Below are positions 1-13,235 of a DNA stretch of 64,000 nt, piece by piece (position 1 is the first letter of the stretch; every line of letters begins with the position of its first letter). Under the pieces are notes generated by a model, which saw only the letters and a program-made list of their open reading frames with translations, had not been told where the DNA came from and ran no database searches. A program made the position numbers and the translations under genes. This stretch comes from Utricularia gibba (lineage: Eukaryota > Plantae > Magnoliophyta): positions 4,960,001-5,024,000 of the forward strand of contig NEEC01000002.1 of the NCBI GenBank assembly GCA_002189035.1, given 5' to 3'.

Positions 1-99
1 TTGACTTCTCATTTTTCATTCTATCTCCATTTTCAATATTGAAAATTTAAATATTTATTATTAAAGCTTTTTAAATTTTTTATCACATTTATTTTATAA

Positions 100-660
100 C
101 CAAGTTTTAACTTTTTGTCAAATTATTCATTTTTTCCTGACAACTCATATCGGGGTAATGGCATTTCTGACCTAAAATTTTGAATTTTTGGCATTTTTGA
201 CTCATAACCAAATGATCGGTTCGACATATTTGACCTAAATTGGTACCGGTTCCGTATATGTGACCCAAAATATTTTCTAAATTACATATTTGACATATAA
301 AAAATTTATTGCACGCCATATTTGACTGATAAAAATTTTGTTTTGATACTTTTGACCCATAAAATATTATAACGGTGCATATTTGACCTCACGAAAAGTC
401 ATAAAACTTTACAACGGAGTCTGTTTGACCCAATAAATTTACTATTGGTCCCATGTACAGGGTTCAGTTGGTATATTTAACACAATAATTTGACATATTT
501 GACCCTTAAAGTTTAATAAATTGACATTGTTGACTTTTGAAGTTTGCTAAATCTACATATTTAACATATAAAGTGTGACAAATTAACATAATTAATCCAA
601 CAAGTTTATCGAATTGGTATAATTAGCCTATAAAGTTTATCAAAATTTTAAAAAAATTAA
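100..660. repeat. Degenerate short-motif repeat (TTTGAC[A/C]TATTTGAC-like), probable subterminal region of a non-autonomous DNA transposon
   Basis: Many imperfect copies of atttgac/tttgaccc/catatttgac between ~100 and 660. The reverse complement gtcaaatatgtcaaatt also occurs near 25640. No termini or TSD found. Confidence 0.35.
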
Positions 661-1204
661 ATACTTTTTGAAATAAATGTTGGTTGATAAGTGCCTTGTA
701 GGCATGGGCCAGTCAATCTGAATATCCATCGGTTCGACCCGCTACGAGTCGAACGCGTGATTCGTATCCATTTCAAATGGTTACATCGACTTCGACGGAT
801 ACACGGTTATATATTTAAAAAAAGCTTGGATGTGGGCTAGGGTTTTCAATCTCTAATTATATGAGAAATAATATTACACAAATGGTAGCAAATGAAATAA
901 ACTTTATAATTAAATATTATAATATTTAATAATTTAGTTACAAAATTCAAGTATGTAAAAAACATACTAATAATATATGCTATTCATAAGAATATTTGTA
1001 TATAATATAAATGAATTTATTATTTTAAATCTATATTTTCTTTACATTAATATTAAATATACTTTTAATTTTGAGAACGAAAATGGTACACATGTGTATC
1101 ATTTTGAAAGAAAAAATGTGAACATTATACCAATTTTTTCTAAAATTCTAATGCAAAAATCTAAACATGGCAATGTCATATATGTATCATTTGATCATTA
1201 TTAT

Positions 1205-1490
1205 TTTTTTAATAAATAAAATAATGTACTCTTTACATCACACATATAAGGATAGAATACATTATTTTATGAGTAAAACATAATAAATAAAATCATGCAC
1301 TCTTTTCTTATAAAACATAAGGATTGAGTATATTATTTTTTTAATAAATAAAATAATGCATTCTTTCATTAGAACATATAAGTATTAAATGTATTATTTT
1401 ATGAATAAAATATAATATAATAAAAAATTACACTCTATCCATAAAAGATATAAAGATAGAATGTTTTTTATAATAAAAATAATGCACTTG
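1205..1490. repeat. Degenerate AT-rich tandem repeat (~60-70 bp unit)
   Basis: aataaataaaat(a/c)atg(t/c)a(c/t)tc recurs about 4 times (near 1210, 1282, 1342, 1470). Confidence 0.5.
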
Positions 1491-2280
1491 ATACTTATGT
1501 ACACTATAAAATTTATATTCTTTTATTACATTATTTTTATGAAATTCGTAACTTTGAATATCCCAAACATATCATATAACACCTTAAAAAAATATGTCAT
1601 ACTCCACGCATAGTGACATATGTAATAACCCATGCCCATGTGGAGAGTGGCATACGAGCGTGGTTTGCCGTAACCCATGCGCATGTGCCATACTCCACAC
1701 AGCATGACACACGGACGTGGGTTGCCATAACCCAAGCCATATGCTACCCTCCACTTGCGTAACCCACACCCATATTCCAACCTCCATGCGTGTGTGTCAC
1801 CCTCTATAGTGGTGCAGGTCCTATATGGTATTTTCTATGCCCTTCTACATACTTATATTTATTTTTTTATTAGATGTAATTAGAATGATAATAATAAGTA
1901 TTCAAGTAAATTAATTTTCCAAAAACATAGAAATCATAAGCATATTATGATTGTTCGTATAATGTTTGTTTAAAAATTTAAAGAAGCAAATATAATGCAT
2001 AAATAGTGTCAAAGACAAATAACAAAGTCTACAAGCTCATACCAACAAACAAGTTCAATGTCTACATTTTTTTGGAAGGTTTACTTACTTGGCCGCTACT
2101 AGATCGATGAGGAATCTCCATCAATTCTGGAAATTCACGAAAATCTTCTTTAACGAACCAATCTCGTATCATTTATAGAAACATATAGTACTTAGCACCG
2201 ACTAATAAATAACTAACAAATTTTGAAAATTACTTACAAACAAGGGGTGTGTTTCGATAATGTAAAGGTTGAGAGCTCAT

Positions 2281-3000
2281 TCATTTCCTTGATGAATTGC
2301 ACATCATCATCGATTCCCCTCGGTCCCCTGCCGCTTCGTCCAGTCTAGTGCTATCCGTGTCCCTACTAGGCGTGACGTTCACACCCTCCACAGCACAACC
2401 AATTGGGTCACAAGGTGTGTTAGCATACGAGAAGTTCATATCCTGTCTACTGCTATCCGAAGAAACTTCCAGATTCTCCCCAACATCTTCTGTGAATTTA
2501 CTCTTCCTGGTTGCGACTACATAGCTCATCGTTCTATCTCCTTTAGCTCGATCCTTTCCAAAGATTTCCTGCCACTCCATGTAATACGGTCACGATTTGT
2601 GTCTTAGGACGCGTAGCCTGGGTGCATGCTAACATAAGAACACGGTAAGCACTGAATATAACACAGCAAGAATAGAGCATACATACTTGATCAATCTCCT
2701 TTAAAACCTCCTCGTCCGCATCTACGGTGTAGGTCAGCTCACTGAAACCGGTGCCCCACCTAGATAAAAAATCTACAAGGAAGTAGTAGTCTTTTTTCCA
2801 GGTATGCACCTTGCTAGATATATGCGGGTGTGAGCGGATGTCGGTTGTAAGGCGGAGTTTCATGAACTCTGTCTCCAATGCTCGGTGATATCCACCCCTG
2901 AAACCATTCTCAATTTTTCAGCCTTTTTTCACAATCTGCTTCAAAGCGTGCAACAAGTCTTTCTCCTCATTTGGCTTCCAAGCACGTTTCGTTTTTTTGT
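2281..3000 (-). pseudogene. Myb/SANT-like DNA-binding ORF1 of a PIF/Harbinger transposon, disrupted
   Basis: Minus-strand translation KRAWKPNEEKDLLHALKQIVKKG*KIENGFRGGYHRALETEFMKL...DIRSHPHISSKVHTWKKDYY...WQEIFGKDRAKG fits the plant Myb_DNA-bind_3 pattern. The conserved Trp codon is a stop. Confidence 0.8.
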
Positions 3001-3479
3001 GAGTCTTCCACCACGATTGGGCTGTGCATACCAGCAATCTGTGCTGGAGGAAAGAAAACAGCAAGAACAAAGCACCTACACCGAGCACTTACAACAAGTA
3101 AACCGTAAAATTCACTCAAAATTCAACGGATTTCAAACGAGAAACTTTGCACAACAAAGGGAGCATACAATCTGGACTTAACCCATGGCTCTTCACTCTC
3201 AATTACTTGTGAAATCAGGAGATCTCATCGATCGGCAGCACCGCGACAACCGGGTGTGAAAGTCGGTGGACTAAGAGCAAAACAAACGGTAATAAAGAGG
3301 AATAGTTTATTGCTGGGGAAGGCTATATTGGTAAATTCTCATTAAAATTATTCATAAACTCAATTTTAAACCCAAATAATGTAAATCCATCAACCAAACA
3401 CGATTTACGCCCCCTAAACCCATAAAACCAGGTTACCTAAACCCAAATAAACTAAGCCTGAGTTTAGGCCAAACCTAGC

Positions 3480-3496
3480 AACCAAACGTGCCCTTA
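3480..3496. mobile_element. PIF/Harbinger(Tourist)-type terminus
   Basis: aaccaaacgtgccc followed by TTA at 3494-3496 matches the GGGC..GTTTGG TIR plus TTA/TAA TSD pattern. The partner end was not found. Confidence 0.35.
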
Positions 3497-4442
3497 GGTA
3501 AAAGAGGTTGTATGTATTTGTTGTAGTGGTTTAGTAAAACACAAGGGTTTATATTCTCCCGAAATTTCACACAAATACAACTTTGACGATAATACCCTTC
3601 TTCTCCATAAAAATATCGGCAACATTAAATATGAGTATTTTTTCATCCTCTTCAACACAAATCCATCGAGTTTTTGCAAGTACATGGTGAGTGAGTTCGA
3701 ATTCTAATATTTTGCTGAAAATCCATGCTTCAATTTAAGCCAAGAGTACTTATTTTTTGTTTCATATATGATGGAGTTGGGTGATTTTTTTTGTGAAAAT
3801 TGCAATAGGTTGTTTGTTGCTTATTGAGGCTATTGCAATGGTTTCAAAGGAGATTGTTTTGACTGCCCTTCCTGCAGTGCATTGCATTGGTCAGCACTTA
3901 TGTGTTATGCAAATTATGATTGTTATAATATTGCATTTCTATTGTACACCAACTAGTAGGAGAACTCAATTCTCATACCAAGAAAAGATACCATGACAAA
4001 TAGAGCATTTGACTGCTTTGCTATGTGATTCAAGGAGTGCTTGTCTTGAAAAGCAACGCTTAAGTGCAAATGTCTTCAACAAGTTATGCTATTTTCTTCG
4101 AAGTAATAGTAGACTAACCACTTCAAGGTATGTCGGTGTTCCAAAGCAGATTGCATTGTTTTTGGGTATTTTAGGTTATCACAAGAAAACAAGGCAACAA
4201 AAATGCGAGATGTGCAATGTGTATTCTACATGCCATAACTTTCTTGGCTATTTTTCAGAATTGCTTGGGCACATTGGATGGTTCATATTTCTAGGTGAAA
4301 GTCAAGAATCAAGATAAACCAAAGTCGAGGAATCATAAAGGAATCGTGTCCACTAACGTGCTAGGAGTGTGTGATGATAAGCTCATGTTAATCTATTTGT
4401 TGTTCGGTTGGGGGGATCCGCAGGTGATAGCAGGGTGCTGCA

Positions 4443-5772
4443 TGACAAACGGAAATTTTAGTATATCGTTGCAACAAAAGCAAACTTCTGTATCAAATAA
4501 ATTTTTCGTCCCTAATCTACTTAAAAGAAAAATTTAGAAAACTTGTATGGTGGGTTTTGGGGTCGATCACGAAGAGCTTGTGCTTGTTAAGTGTTTTAGT
4601 AAATGCATAATGCGGAATAACAGTAAGTCTTAGTCTAAGTTCAGACCAACAATGGTAAACAAGTTCGATAAACAAGATCATTAAACAAAATCAGGTTTCA
4701 ATGCAAAAGGTAACAAGTACTAGTTCTAACTCAGAATAACACGAAGATGCCTTAAGGATCTGCAGGTGGTGTTATGCTAAGGCGCTTAATTTAATTTACC
4801 ATGTTCCTACACTCATAACTTCAAGTAACCTAAGTCTACCTAGGTCATTCATCATATTTTTAGCTAAGCTAGTCCCCAATATCATAACCAACATTGTAAT
4901 TAGGTCTACCCACATGCAAAGCATATAGAACTAGGTCTACCAAGTTCTACCCCGAACTAACATCTACTGCTCCCATTTTGATTTGTTGGTCTACCTCTAA
5001 ACCAAACATTTTAGTTGTGAAACTACTTGTTCCTCTCCTTAGGTCTACCAATGGATTGATAGAAACAAGAGCTAAGGAACAAACATAAATTTCATTATTA
5101 ACCCAAAGCACACACCACTATATTTCACCTTAAGGCATCTCTAAGGCTTTAGCTACTCATACGTAGAAAATAAGACATGATGTCATTCAGATAATGTAGC
5201 GAAAATGACAGAATTATTGTAAGCAAGTCAGGTACAAAAACTCGAAATGTTTAAAAACTCGAACAGTAGCATTGGATTGGGCTTTGGTGCTACTCTTGAC
5301 GATGAAGGCCTTCTTCTGGTTGGTGTTTTTCACGTTGGGGGAGAAGCCCCCTTGCATGCGTTCTGTGCTTGCTGCGTCTGTTGTTCCCGCTCTCTCCCCT
5401 TTTTGAAAAATATCTCCCCTTCTTCACTCCATTGCACTGTTCCTGACCCCTAGCACTGTTCCTTGCCTGAACTTGTAGACTGCAGGTGGCGGCAGAATAA
5501 TGCTTTTTGTCTCTCTTCGGATATTGCACCCTTTTTCACTTGTTCCACACGTTTGTAAGTCTGATTTTTCGCTTGATCTCCTTGCTGACCTTAGTCAAAC
5601 ATTAGTAACAAAAGTGGTGGACTAAATCAAAGGATTAAGTCCACTTTTTAACATAAATACACCAAATTAACTTAAACACACATAAACATGAAAAACCACA
5701 TTTATCTAACCTAAACCACAATAAAATATAACTATTTGTTATTATAAAATTCTGAGAAAATGTATGTCATCA
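4443..5772 (-). mobile_element. Solo LTR, family A copy 1 (Gypsy-like, ~1.33 kb)
   Basis: Ends TGAC...ATCA, flanked by CTGCA/CTGCG (5-bp TSD, 1 mismatch), and interrupts the Harbinger transposase. It is the reverse-complement homolog of 16526-17740 and 31461-32824. Confidence 0.85.
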
Positions 5773-5958
5773 CTGCGAGATGTGGTTTGTTGACAAAGAG
5801 CATTCACTGTACGCAATGGTAAGTGCTTACAATGTGTAGAAGTCCATAGTTATGAGTCACTTTCATGCATTCCATTTTTTTGTAGGGCATTATTACTTGT
5901 GTGATAATGGCTACACAAACGGAGAGGGATTTCTAGCACCCTACAGGGTGTTCAGTAC

Positions 5959-7141
5959 CGATGAACGTTGGAATGGGTTGCTAAATGTCGCGGTCTAGCA
6001 CATTCAACGCAACAAAAGAAATTTATAAATCTCAGGAATTAATGTAGTGTGGCAAGCAAGGGTCAAATCCACACGGAATGGTTGTAATTTCTTGAAGTTT
6101 ATCACACTTACTGAAAACAGGGGTTTTCCGGGTTTTCCTCTAATGCGTGTAAGACCTAAAATAACAATGACTGAAATAAACGAGTTGCAGGGGTGAAAAT
6201 GGACTGAAATTAATGTGAAGGTGCAAAAAACATAAAATAAAAGCAATTTGGCTGGGTTTTACACCAGGGTTTGGCTCTTGTGTCACTCAAGAGAGCCCAT
6301 AGGCTTAAACCCATCTTTAAAATGGTTAAAAACAGGGCAAGGGTTTCCAGAACACAGAGTATGGGTTCGCAGGAAGTAAAAAGCGCGTTAAACTTAGGAT
6401 CAAGCATGAAAAGGGAAAGCAATAACATGTTCATAAACTGAAATAAGATCTATAGAGGATTTATCTTTCACAACAAGGTGCAAGAACATAACAGAAAGCA
6501 TAAAAGTGTATAAAGTAACAGCAGCGAATTCGTCGACGAAATAGAAGTGTAGAAAATGGAAAGTAAGGTGTCTAGTGGTTGCTCTCGGTCGCAGATCCAC
6601 TGGAAATCAAGTTTTTGGGTGGAAAGGTGGTGTAGACACGTAGATCTAGAGGTCGTCAGAGACGTTCACCGGAGAAACAAAGTTCTCCCTGCTCTCGCTC
6701 GTCCTATTGTTCGCTATCTATGCCTCTGTGTGCACAGTGTGTCCTCCTTTTCTCTCTCCCTTCCTTTTCCCTTTTGCCGCTCAAAAGTAAGGGTAGCTTC
6801 GTCTTTTCCTCGTCTGCTCCTGCTCCAAATCTTATCTTTGCAGAAAGGCGGCTTTCGGCGAAAGTGACTTTTGCACAGCTTTTTTTGTCCCTTCTGACTT
6901 GTCAACGCGGAAAATGCGCTGCTATGGTACTAGTTCTTACCCGGGTAAAATTTGAAACACATACTAGACGAAATATTAGAGTTTTCGGCTCAATTGTTTC
7001 CAATTGAGCCTATTTTCGCAATAAGCACATTCTAATAGACTAAATGCACAAAAAGAAGATAATTTAGTACACTAAATAACATTTATCCCTACAAAATATA
7101 ATTAAAAACATATATAAAATACAATAAAAACGGTGTTATTA
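5959..7141 (-). mobile_element. Solo LTR (Gypsy-like, 1183 bp)
   Basis: Perfect 5-bp TSD AGTAC (5954-5958 / 7142-7146). Termini CGATG...TTATTA are consistent with decayed TG...CA. Removing it restores RGVQY-HLKEW of the transposase. Confidence 0.75.
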
Positions 7142-7839
7142 AGTACCATCTGAAAGAGTGGGGTGCTGGGTCCAATGCTCCATAGAATGCGAAGGAATAT
7201 TTCAACATGCGGCATGCTTCTATGAGGAATGTTACTGAGAGGGCATGGGGTCTAATGAAAATGAGGTGGGGGTATTTTACGAAGTTATAGTTTTCATTCG
7301 ACTTGAAATGCCAACTGATCCATGGGAAGAAGTCGTTCCAAAAGAGTACTGGAATTCGAATTCACAGGACTATGAAGATTATGAACATATTTCCTCCATA
7401 GGACACTCATAGGAGTGGACACAGTGGCAGGATTCAATGGCTAAGAGGATGTTTGCGCAATGGAGAGAGACCACATGAAGAAGGGTGTAAGGTGTACTAA
7501 TGAACACTGATATTTTATTGGTGTGTCCTAAAGACCATACATTATTTCATTTTCCGATAGTTGATAAACATTGTCATGTGTTGTATTCATACTATGCAAA
7601 CACAGTAGTTATTCCAAAGTTGATTTTTTTTTCTTACATTGGGTTATTGTCCATGGTGAATTGCCTTATTTATTTTGGATTGTTGTCACAAAAATGTGTT
7701 ACAATCACTAGAAACTGGAATTTGTAGTGCCTGGAATAATAGGAGAACCTGAATGATGCTTCAGTCACACACACCCTTCACTCACACGTATAGGTGCAAT
7801 ATTGCATGCTCCACACTATCTCCATGTACATTGGAGGGC

Positions 7840-8115
7840 TTGCATTCCAAGCATCACAAATTCCTGCTCTCAGTGTCTGGAAGAAATGTATTCCTAGCAT
7901 CACAAAGCTCTGCTATCAGCGCCTGGAAGACTACAGTAGCAAGCACCGCAAAATTTTGGTCTCAATGTCTACAAGACACTCATTCCAGGCATTGCAAAAT
8001 TCTACTCTCGGTGTTTGGGAGACATGCCTTCCAGGCACTGCAGAATGCCACTCTCGATGTTTGGAAGACACACGTTTTAAGCACTGCAACCTTTGTTTGC
8101 GATGCGTGGAGCAAT
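7840..8115. repeat. Tandem array, 46-bp unit, ~6 copies, with CCAGGCAC(C/T)GCA motif
   Basis: Motif starts at 7847, 7893, 7939, 7985, 8031, 8077 (46-bp period). Confidence 0.85.
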
Positions 8116-8299
8116 TGTAGGACGGAATGAATATCAAGCCTTGTGTATCTGGGCCTCATAACAAACCCTCCAGCCCAATCGTCACCTCCGTTAACCACGC
8201 ACCTAATCGCTGCACACTACAAAGTAGGGCATATCTTCCCCACCTCAGCCGCATGGTCCCTCCACTATTTGCTTCCCTCTAATATGTCTATCTCAAGAA

Positions 8300-8810
8300 A
8301 TGCTTACTTCCAAGAAACTCCAAGTTTGGTTTGCAATTCTTGAGATGTACAATCTATCGGACAAGGCAAGTGATGAGAGAATTGATGGTGAGGTTCCGTC
8401 CAGGGTTGGAGTAACCAGATTTTCAGTGTCCACCGCACACTTTCGGTGTGGACTTCAATTGCCACCACCACCATTCATATGCGAGTTGCTGGCATGTTTG
8501 GAAGTCCCATTGTTCGACTTGACACCCCATTCAATTGCTCATGTGTTGTCCTTTTTGAGTGTGTGCATGGAGGAACAAATTACTCCAGCTCTACTAGTGT
8601 TTTTTGTTGTAAGCATCTCTATTTGAAACTAGAAAACTAATCATTTCTCGTTGAAGGGTAAGCTAGGTATTGCACTTGTGAACTCTATTCGAAGTGGATA
8701 TGATGCATGGTGGACAATCTTCATTTGGGTGTGTCCGCCGAAAGACCTATGAATTCCGACTACTCTCGGCTCCTCCAAGACAATTGGAAAGGCAAAGGGT
8801 AATGTGTGAC
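8300..8810 (+). pseudogene. Transposase_28-like (putative gypsy-type transposon) ORF, copy A
   Basis: TAHFRCGLQLPPPPFICELLACLEVPLFDLTPHSIAHVLSF...NHFSLKGKLGIALVNSIRSGYDAWWT...GKAKG follows the FxxGLRLPxxxF...QLxPN pattern. Frameshifted. Clear paralog at 15150-15854. Confidence 0.65.
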
Positions 8811-9191
8811 GCAGTATGATTTGATAGACTATCGAAGCAGGGGGTGGATGCCTTGTTGACTATGTTTAGTGAAAAGAGCAACGCCTTGAGTGACAAAGTA
8901 CCCCCTATGGTGGACGTCGCCAGTACTCGCCACTTCTAGTGTGGTTAGGGCAGAGTGATACATGAGCACCCAAAGCCTGACGATGTGATCATTGAGGAAG
9001 AGATGTCACTAGCATTTGCATTTGATCCACAGAGGGATGTAGGGAGTAATGTAGAGGAAGACGACCCACAACCAACTACTAGTGTGGATGTGGATCGAAT
9101 TTTGGAAGAGAATGCCTAGTTACGTGCAAGGCTAGATTGGTATGAGAGTAGGTGGGCATACACTGGCCCTAGTTCGTCGACAAAGCAACAA

Positions 9192-10051
9192 GTGCGCAAG
9201 CTCCTTGTGTTAGATGTCAATGAAGTGCTAGCAGACATTGTCTTCAAAGACAAGTACCAAAGATTGCATCGGAAACCAGACGCTATGATATATGGGCGAA
9301 ATATTAAGACACCTTTACATTGTCCCATGGTTGTGTCATGTTCAACCGATCCATTAGTTTTTCTCGCTTTGGCAGTCTACCTCAGGCCCTTAGCTTGCAA
9401 GTTCATCCAATGGTGTCTTGCAAACTTTGATGTCGGCATATGGTCTTCATGGGGCGCGTAAGTCCCACTCCACGAAATTTGTAGTGCATGTGCTTCTATT
9501 TGATACTCTAACATTTGTCTATGTTGTATAGTGCAAAACTACATGAGATCATCAAATGGGTGTTTGGGCCGAATGCAGACAACTCGGTAGCGTTCATATA
9601 GGATGCATTGAAGATCACTGAAATGCATATATGTGTGCATGATAATAGGTCAAAAGCTGCTGTGTTGAAGGAGTTGTCGCAGATTTGGGGGGAAGATGAA
9701 GACTTCTTGGGTAGGTATGATGCAACCAACACCTTACTTATTGACGACTCCCCATTCAAGTTCATCAAAAACCCTGTTAAGTCAATCTGCAATGATATGG
9801 TCTGGTATGCATGTTAATACTTGTGCCATGTTCCTGTTGTGCCACAACATGACAACGTTGTCTTCCCGACGCCATGCCAATACATGGATGTAAGATATGC
9901 TGCATTAGCTGAGTGCAGAGAAATACGTATATTCCTTCAAGGTCTACTAGAAGAAGATCATGTACACAGTTTCGTGAAGCATGTACGAATTGGACAGCCT
10001 CCGTTAGATGCTAATCACCCCCTATGGGATTATTACAAAGTACTTGCCTGA
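9192..10051 (+). pseudogene. FCP1/NIF-homology HAD-superfamily phosphatase-like gene, copy A (intron-containing, degenerate)
   Basis: RKLLVLDVNEVLADIV...YLRP...WCLANFDVGIWSS...KELSQIWG...GRYDATNTLLIDDSPFKFIKNP...NVVFP...EIRIFLQGL...IGQPP...HPLWDYY. Intron-like interruptions near 9290-9375, 9458-9530 and 9778-9845. In-frame stops present. Confidence 0.8.
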
Positions 10052-10669
10052 ACATTCATAGCATGTAAAAGTGGTTTGAATTTCGAAACATTATTATGTT
10101 ACTCACTCTACTTTAATCATGGATTTCACAATATACACTTCGTAAATTAAAATAAGTAAACATAATATATGTTTAAGTATCCGTATAATCTTTTTATTTA
10201 TTTTCTTTACAAATTTTAAATATTGACTCTAAGAAAAAAATTTAAACATGTGGTAACATTCAAAATAAATGAGAACTAAAACAATCTTGAATCAAGAATT
10301 CCATGTAAAATAATACATTTTTTTATAAATAGTAAATTTATCAAAAACTTGATGCAAGTTAATGAATTTTTCTTATTGGAAATTCTACGTATCCAGATTG
10401 TATGTGAACACGTAGTCATCATATATTCAATTTTCAAGAAAAAAAACTAATGGAAATTTAAGTATTTACACTCTTACACAAATTCATGAAAGTCTTATTG
10501 AATAAAATTGTGTCTATTTGATTTCCTTAAAATACGCATATGATGTGATCACTCAAAATTGTCGTTATTCGACATGTATGTGCATTGGACATATTTTAAT
10601 TTATTATAATTGTTGTTATTAAAATAGATTATTACAGAGATATAACGAATTTACATATCATAATATATG

Positions 10670-11150
10670 CACACATGCACTCATTTAGCGCATTGATGCC
10701 AGGCACTGCATCCACATACTTAGCGGTGCGTAGAAATACAGGATGCAGTCAATACTTCACATCGCATGTGGAAGGTCAGGCAGAGTACCACACACACATG
10801 CACTCTGTCAGCGCATCGATTCCAGGCACCGCATCCGCATACTTGTGGTGCCAGGAAGTATAGGATGCATGCCGAAGTGCAATCCAGTGCAGTCAATACT
10901 TCATATCACATGTGGGAGGTCAGGCCAAGTGCCACACATATGCACTCAGTTGGCGCATCGATCCCAAGCACCGCATATGCATACTTGCGGTGCTGGGAAA
11001 TACAGGATGCATGCCTTCAAAGGGCAATCAGCGCAGTCAATACTTCACATCGCATGTGGGAGGTCAAGGTGAGTGCCACACATACATGCACTCAGTTGGC
11101 GCATCGATGCCAGGCACCACATCCGCATACTTGCGATGCTTGGAAAGGGA
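10670..11150. repeat. Tandem array, ~123-146-bp units, ~4 copies, each with a CAGGCACCGCA...TGCGGTGC hairpin
   Basis: atgcactc recurs at 10675, 10798, 10940, 11086. Confidence 0.85.
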
Positions 11151-11819
11151 CGAGGCCTATTGTTGTGCTTTCTATAGGTTACACCTAGAGCTGGGCACGA
11201 TTACGAGTTGACCCGTGTATCTGGCGGGTCAACCCGTGACGGGTCCAACCCGTAACCCGTAACCGTCAAAAATGGGTACGGGACGGGTCGGTGGTTCACG
11301 GGTACGAGTTGACTCGGCGGGTCAGTGTAAATGGGCCTGGCATATAGTGTGCTAAGAAGTGTTGGGCTGACTCACAAGAATATAAATACATGGCCAGCCC
11401 ATAACCTAATTATCAAATGAGTTGTGCCTCTCTCGCTTGAAGACACGAAAATATTCAAATGCTTGTACTGTTCATTGTGCATTTAGGATCCGAATTCTGA
11501 ATTTTGGAAGGCTCTCATACAACAATTGGAGCTGAATCCGTAAAACCCACCCGCTTTGCGGTGTCTGGAGACCTTCGAAAAAGTATGTGCACGACTATCC
11601 AAAGAAAAATGGAACCATATGTATCTACGGCTTAGAGTTGTGTATATAAAGTTTGAAATTGATTTATTTCTCTTGATTGTGTTTCAGGTAATCAAATATG
11701 GAAGAATCACATCAAAGTGTGACACCTTCACACGAGCAACATCTCGAGTGTGATATTGAATTGTCGGGTGATGGGGAAGATATCTCCTTTACCTCAAAAA
11801 AATGAGATGCTTCATGCAT

Positions 11820-13038
11820 CCATTGGTATGAACATTTCAATCACGACAAGGAGGCCAAAAAGGTATGTTGTAAGTATTGTGGAATGGTGTATGACCATGG
11901 TAAGGGCGGTTCAACTTCTAATTTCATTCACCACATTAGAAATAAGCATATAGACAAGGCATGTATTTCATTGAGACAACCTACTTTAAATGTTATGCGT
12001 GGCCATGTTTCAACCTTTTCATTTGATCTTGATGCTGCTCAAATTGATTATGTGCTTACATTGATTGCGAGTGAAAAGCCCTTTGTAGAGGTAGAGAATC
12101 CATTTTTTAGACATTTTTATCAATCTAGATTGCAACCTAGATTTGCTCCCATGTCTAGGAGAAAAGCTATTTGAATTGCATTTAAACAATTTGAAGAAAA
12201 AAAATCTCGTTTGATCTCTGATTTTCAATCTATGAAATGCAAATTCGGTTTAACTTGTGATGGTTGGCGTGGTATTAATGGTGAGAATTATTTAGTTGTA
12301 ACTGCTCATTGGATTGACTGCAATTGGTTTATACAAAAGAGAATTCTTGGTTTTAGACCTTTGGGTTCTCCACACACGGGAGCACAAATTGCCGAACTTG
12401 TTACTTCCATATGTATTGATTTATCATGTGAAGATGTTTAGTACAAAAAGGGCGTCGTTCAAGCGTCTATGTGAGTTAAAGGGTCTACCATTCCGAACCC
12501 TAAAAACATATTTGCCCACACGCTGGAATTCTACGTTTTTAATGCTTCAATCTTTTATTCCTTATAGAGAAGTTTTTTCATTGTTTTTATCTACGCATAC
12601 CGATTTACATATTGTGATTGATGATGATGTGTATGCTAAGTTTGACATATTGGTTGACTTGCTTTCGGTTTTTCATAAATACACTAGGTTATTTAGTGGT
12701 GTTTACTATCCTACCACACATGTTGTGTTGCTGCCCTTGTTGCCATAGTCTCTACATTTAAAAAATATTTCGAAGTGGAATTGGTCTCTGATATTGTAAA
12801 ATCTATGGTTCATAAATTCATGAAATGTTTTGGCACCCTAGCATCTACCGTGGCATCAGAGAGCGCCTTCAGCTTGAGTGGTAGGATTCTCAATCCTAGA
12901 AGGTCAAGCTTGACCGGGGCCACTCTTGAAGCATGTGTTTTTTTAAAGGATTGGATAGCTGCAGAGCAGAGGATGCAAGCCTTTGTTGAAGACGACATGG
13001 ACGATGATGATGGTGGTGAAGGGAGTTCCACCTCTTAA
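11820..13038 (+). pseudogene. hAT transposase (zf-BED, catalytic core, C-terminal dimerisation domain), frameshifted and internally deleted
   Basis: KGGSTSNFIHHIRNKH; GLTCDGWRGINGENYLVVTAHWID; TRWNSTFLML; TVASESAFSLSGRILNPRRSSL...LKDW. Confidence 0.9.
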
Positions 13039-13235
13039 ATGAGTGACCTTACCATATTATTTATTCATTTGCTATTTCATACGTGTACTAACCGAAACAC
13101 AAGTTTTTAACTCCGCCTGTGTCCACATTTGGACACAGTCAGTCCCAAGCCTGAAATAAGGAGGAGGGGAAACTTGTAATGTCATGTGAAATTTTTCTGG
13201 CAGTGCACAAGCATAAAAACACTTGAGTATCTCTT

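Larger units (their letters stand above)
3990..7480 (+). pseudogene. PIF/Harbinger DDE transposase (HARBI1/DDE_Tnp_4-like), split by two solo LTRs
   Basis: Pieces in order: RLSANVFNKLCYFLR...QIALFLGILGYH; STNVLGVCDD...GSAGDSRVL | (insert 4443-5772) | RDVV...NG, intron, GHYYLCDNGYTNGEGFLAPYRGVQY | (insert 5959-7141) | HLKEWG...YFNMRHASMRNVTERAWGLMKMRWG. Contains frameshifts and stops. Confidence 0.85.

Noticed and set aside
5247-5529. ORFs inside family A LTRs (also 16596-16928, 31721-32126)
   Set aside because: They are not conserved in frame or length among the three copies, so they are spurious LTR ORFs.
7706-7730. CACTA terminus (CACTAGAAAC...TAGTG) as the left end of the phosphatase element
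   Set aside because: No matching distal TAGTG with a 3-bp TSD was found. The CACTA pairs only with a TAGTG 15 nt away.
10675-11211. Overlapping His/Cys-rich ORFs as a real protein
   Set aside because: They are translations of the tandem array in several frames. The same applies to ORFs at 7753-8198 and 13476-13903.
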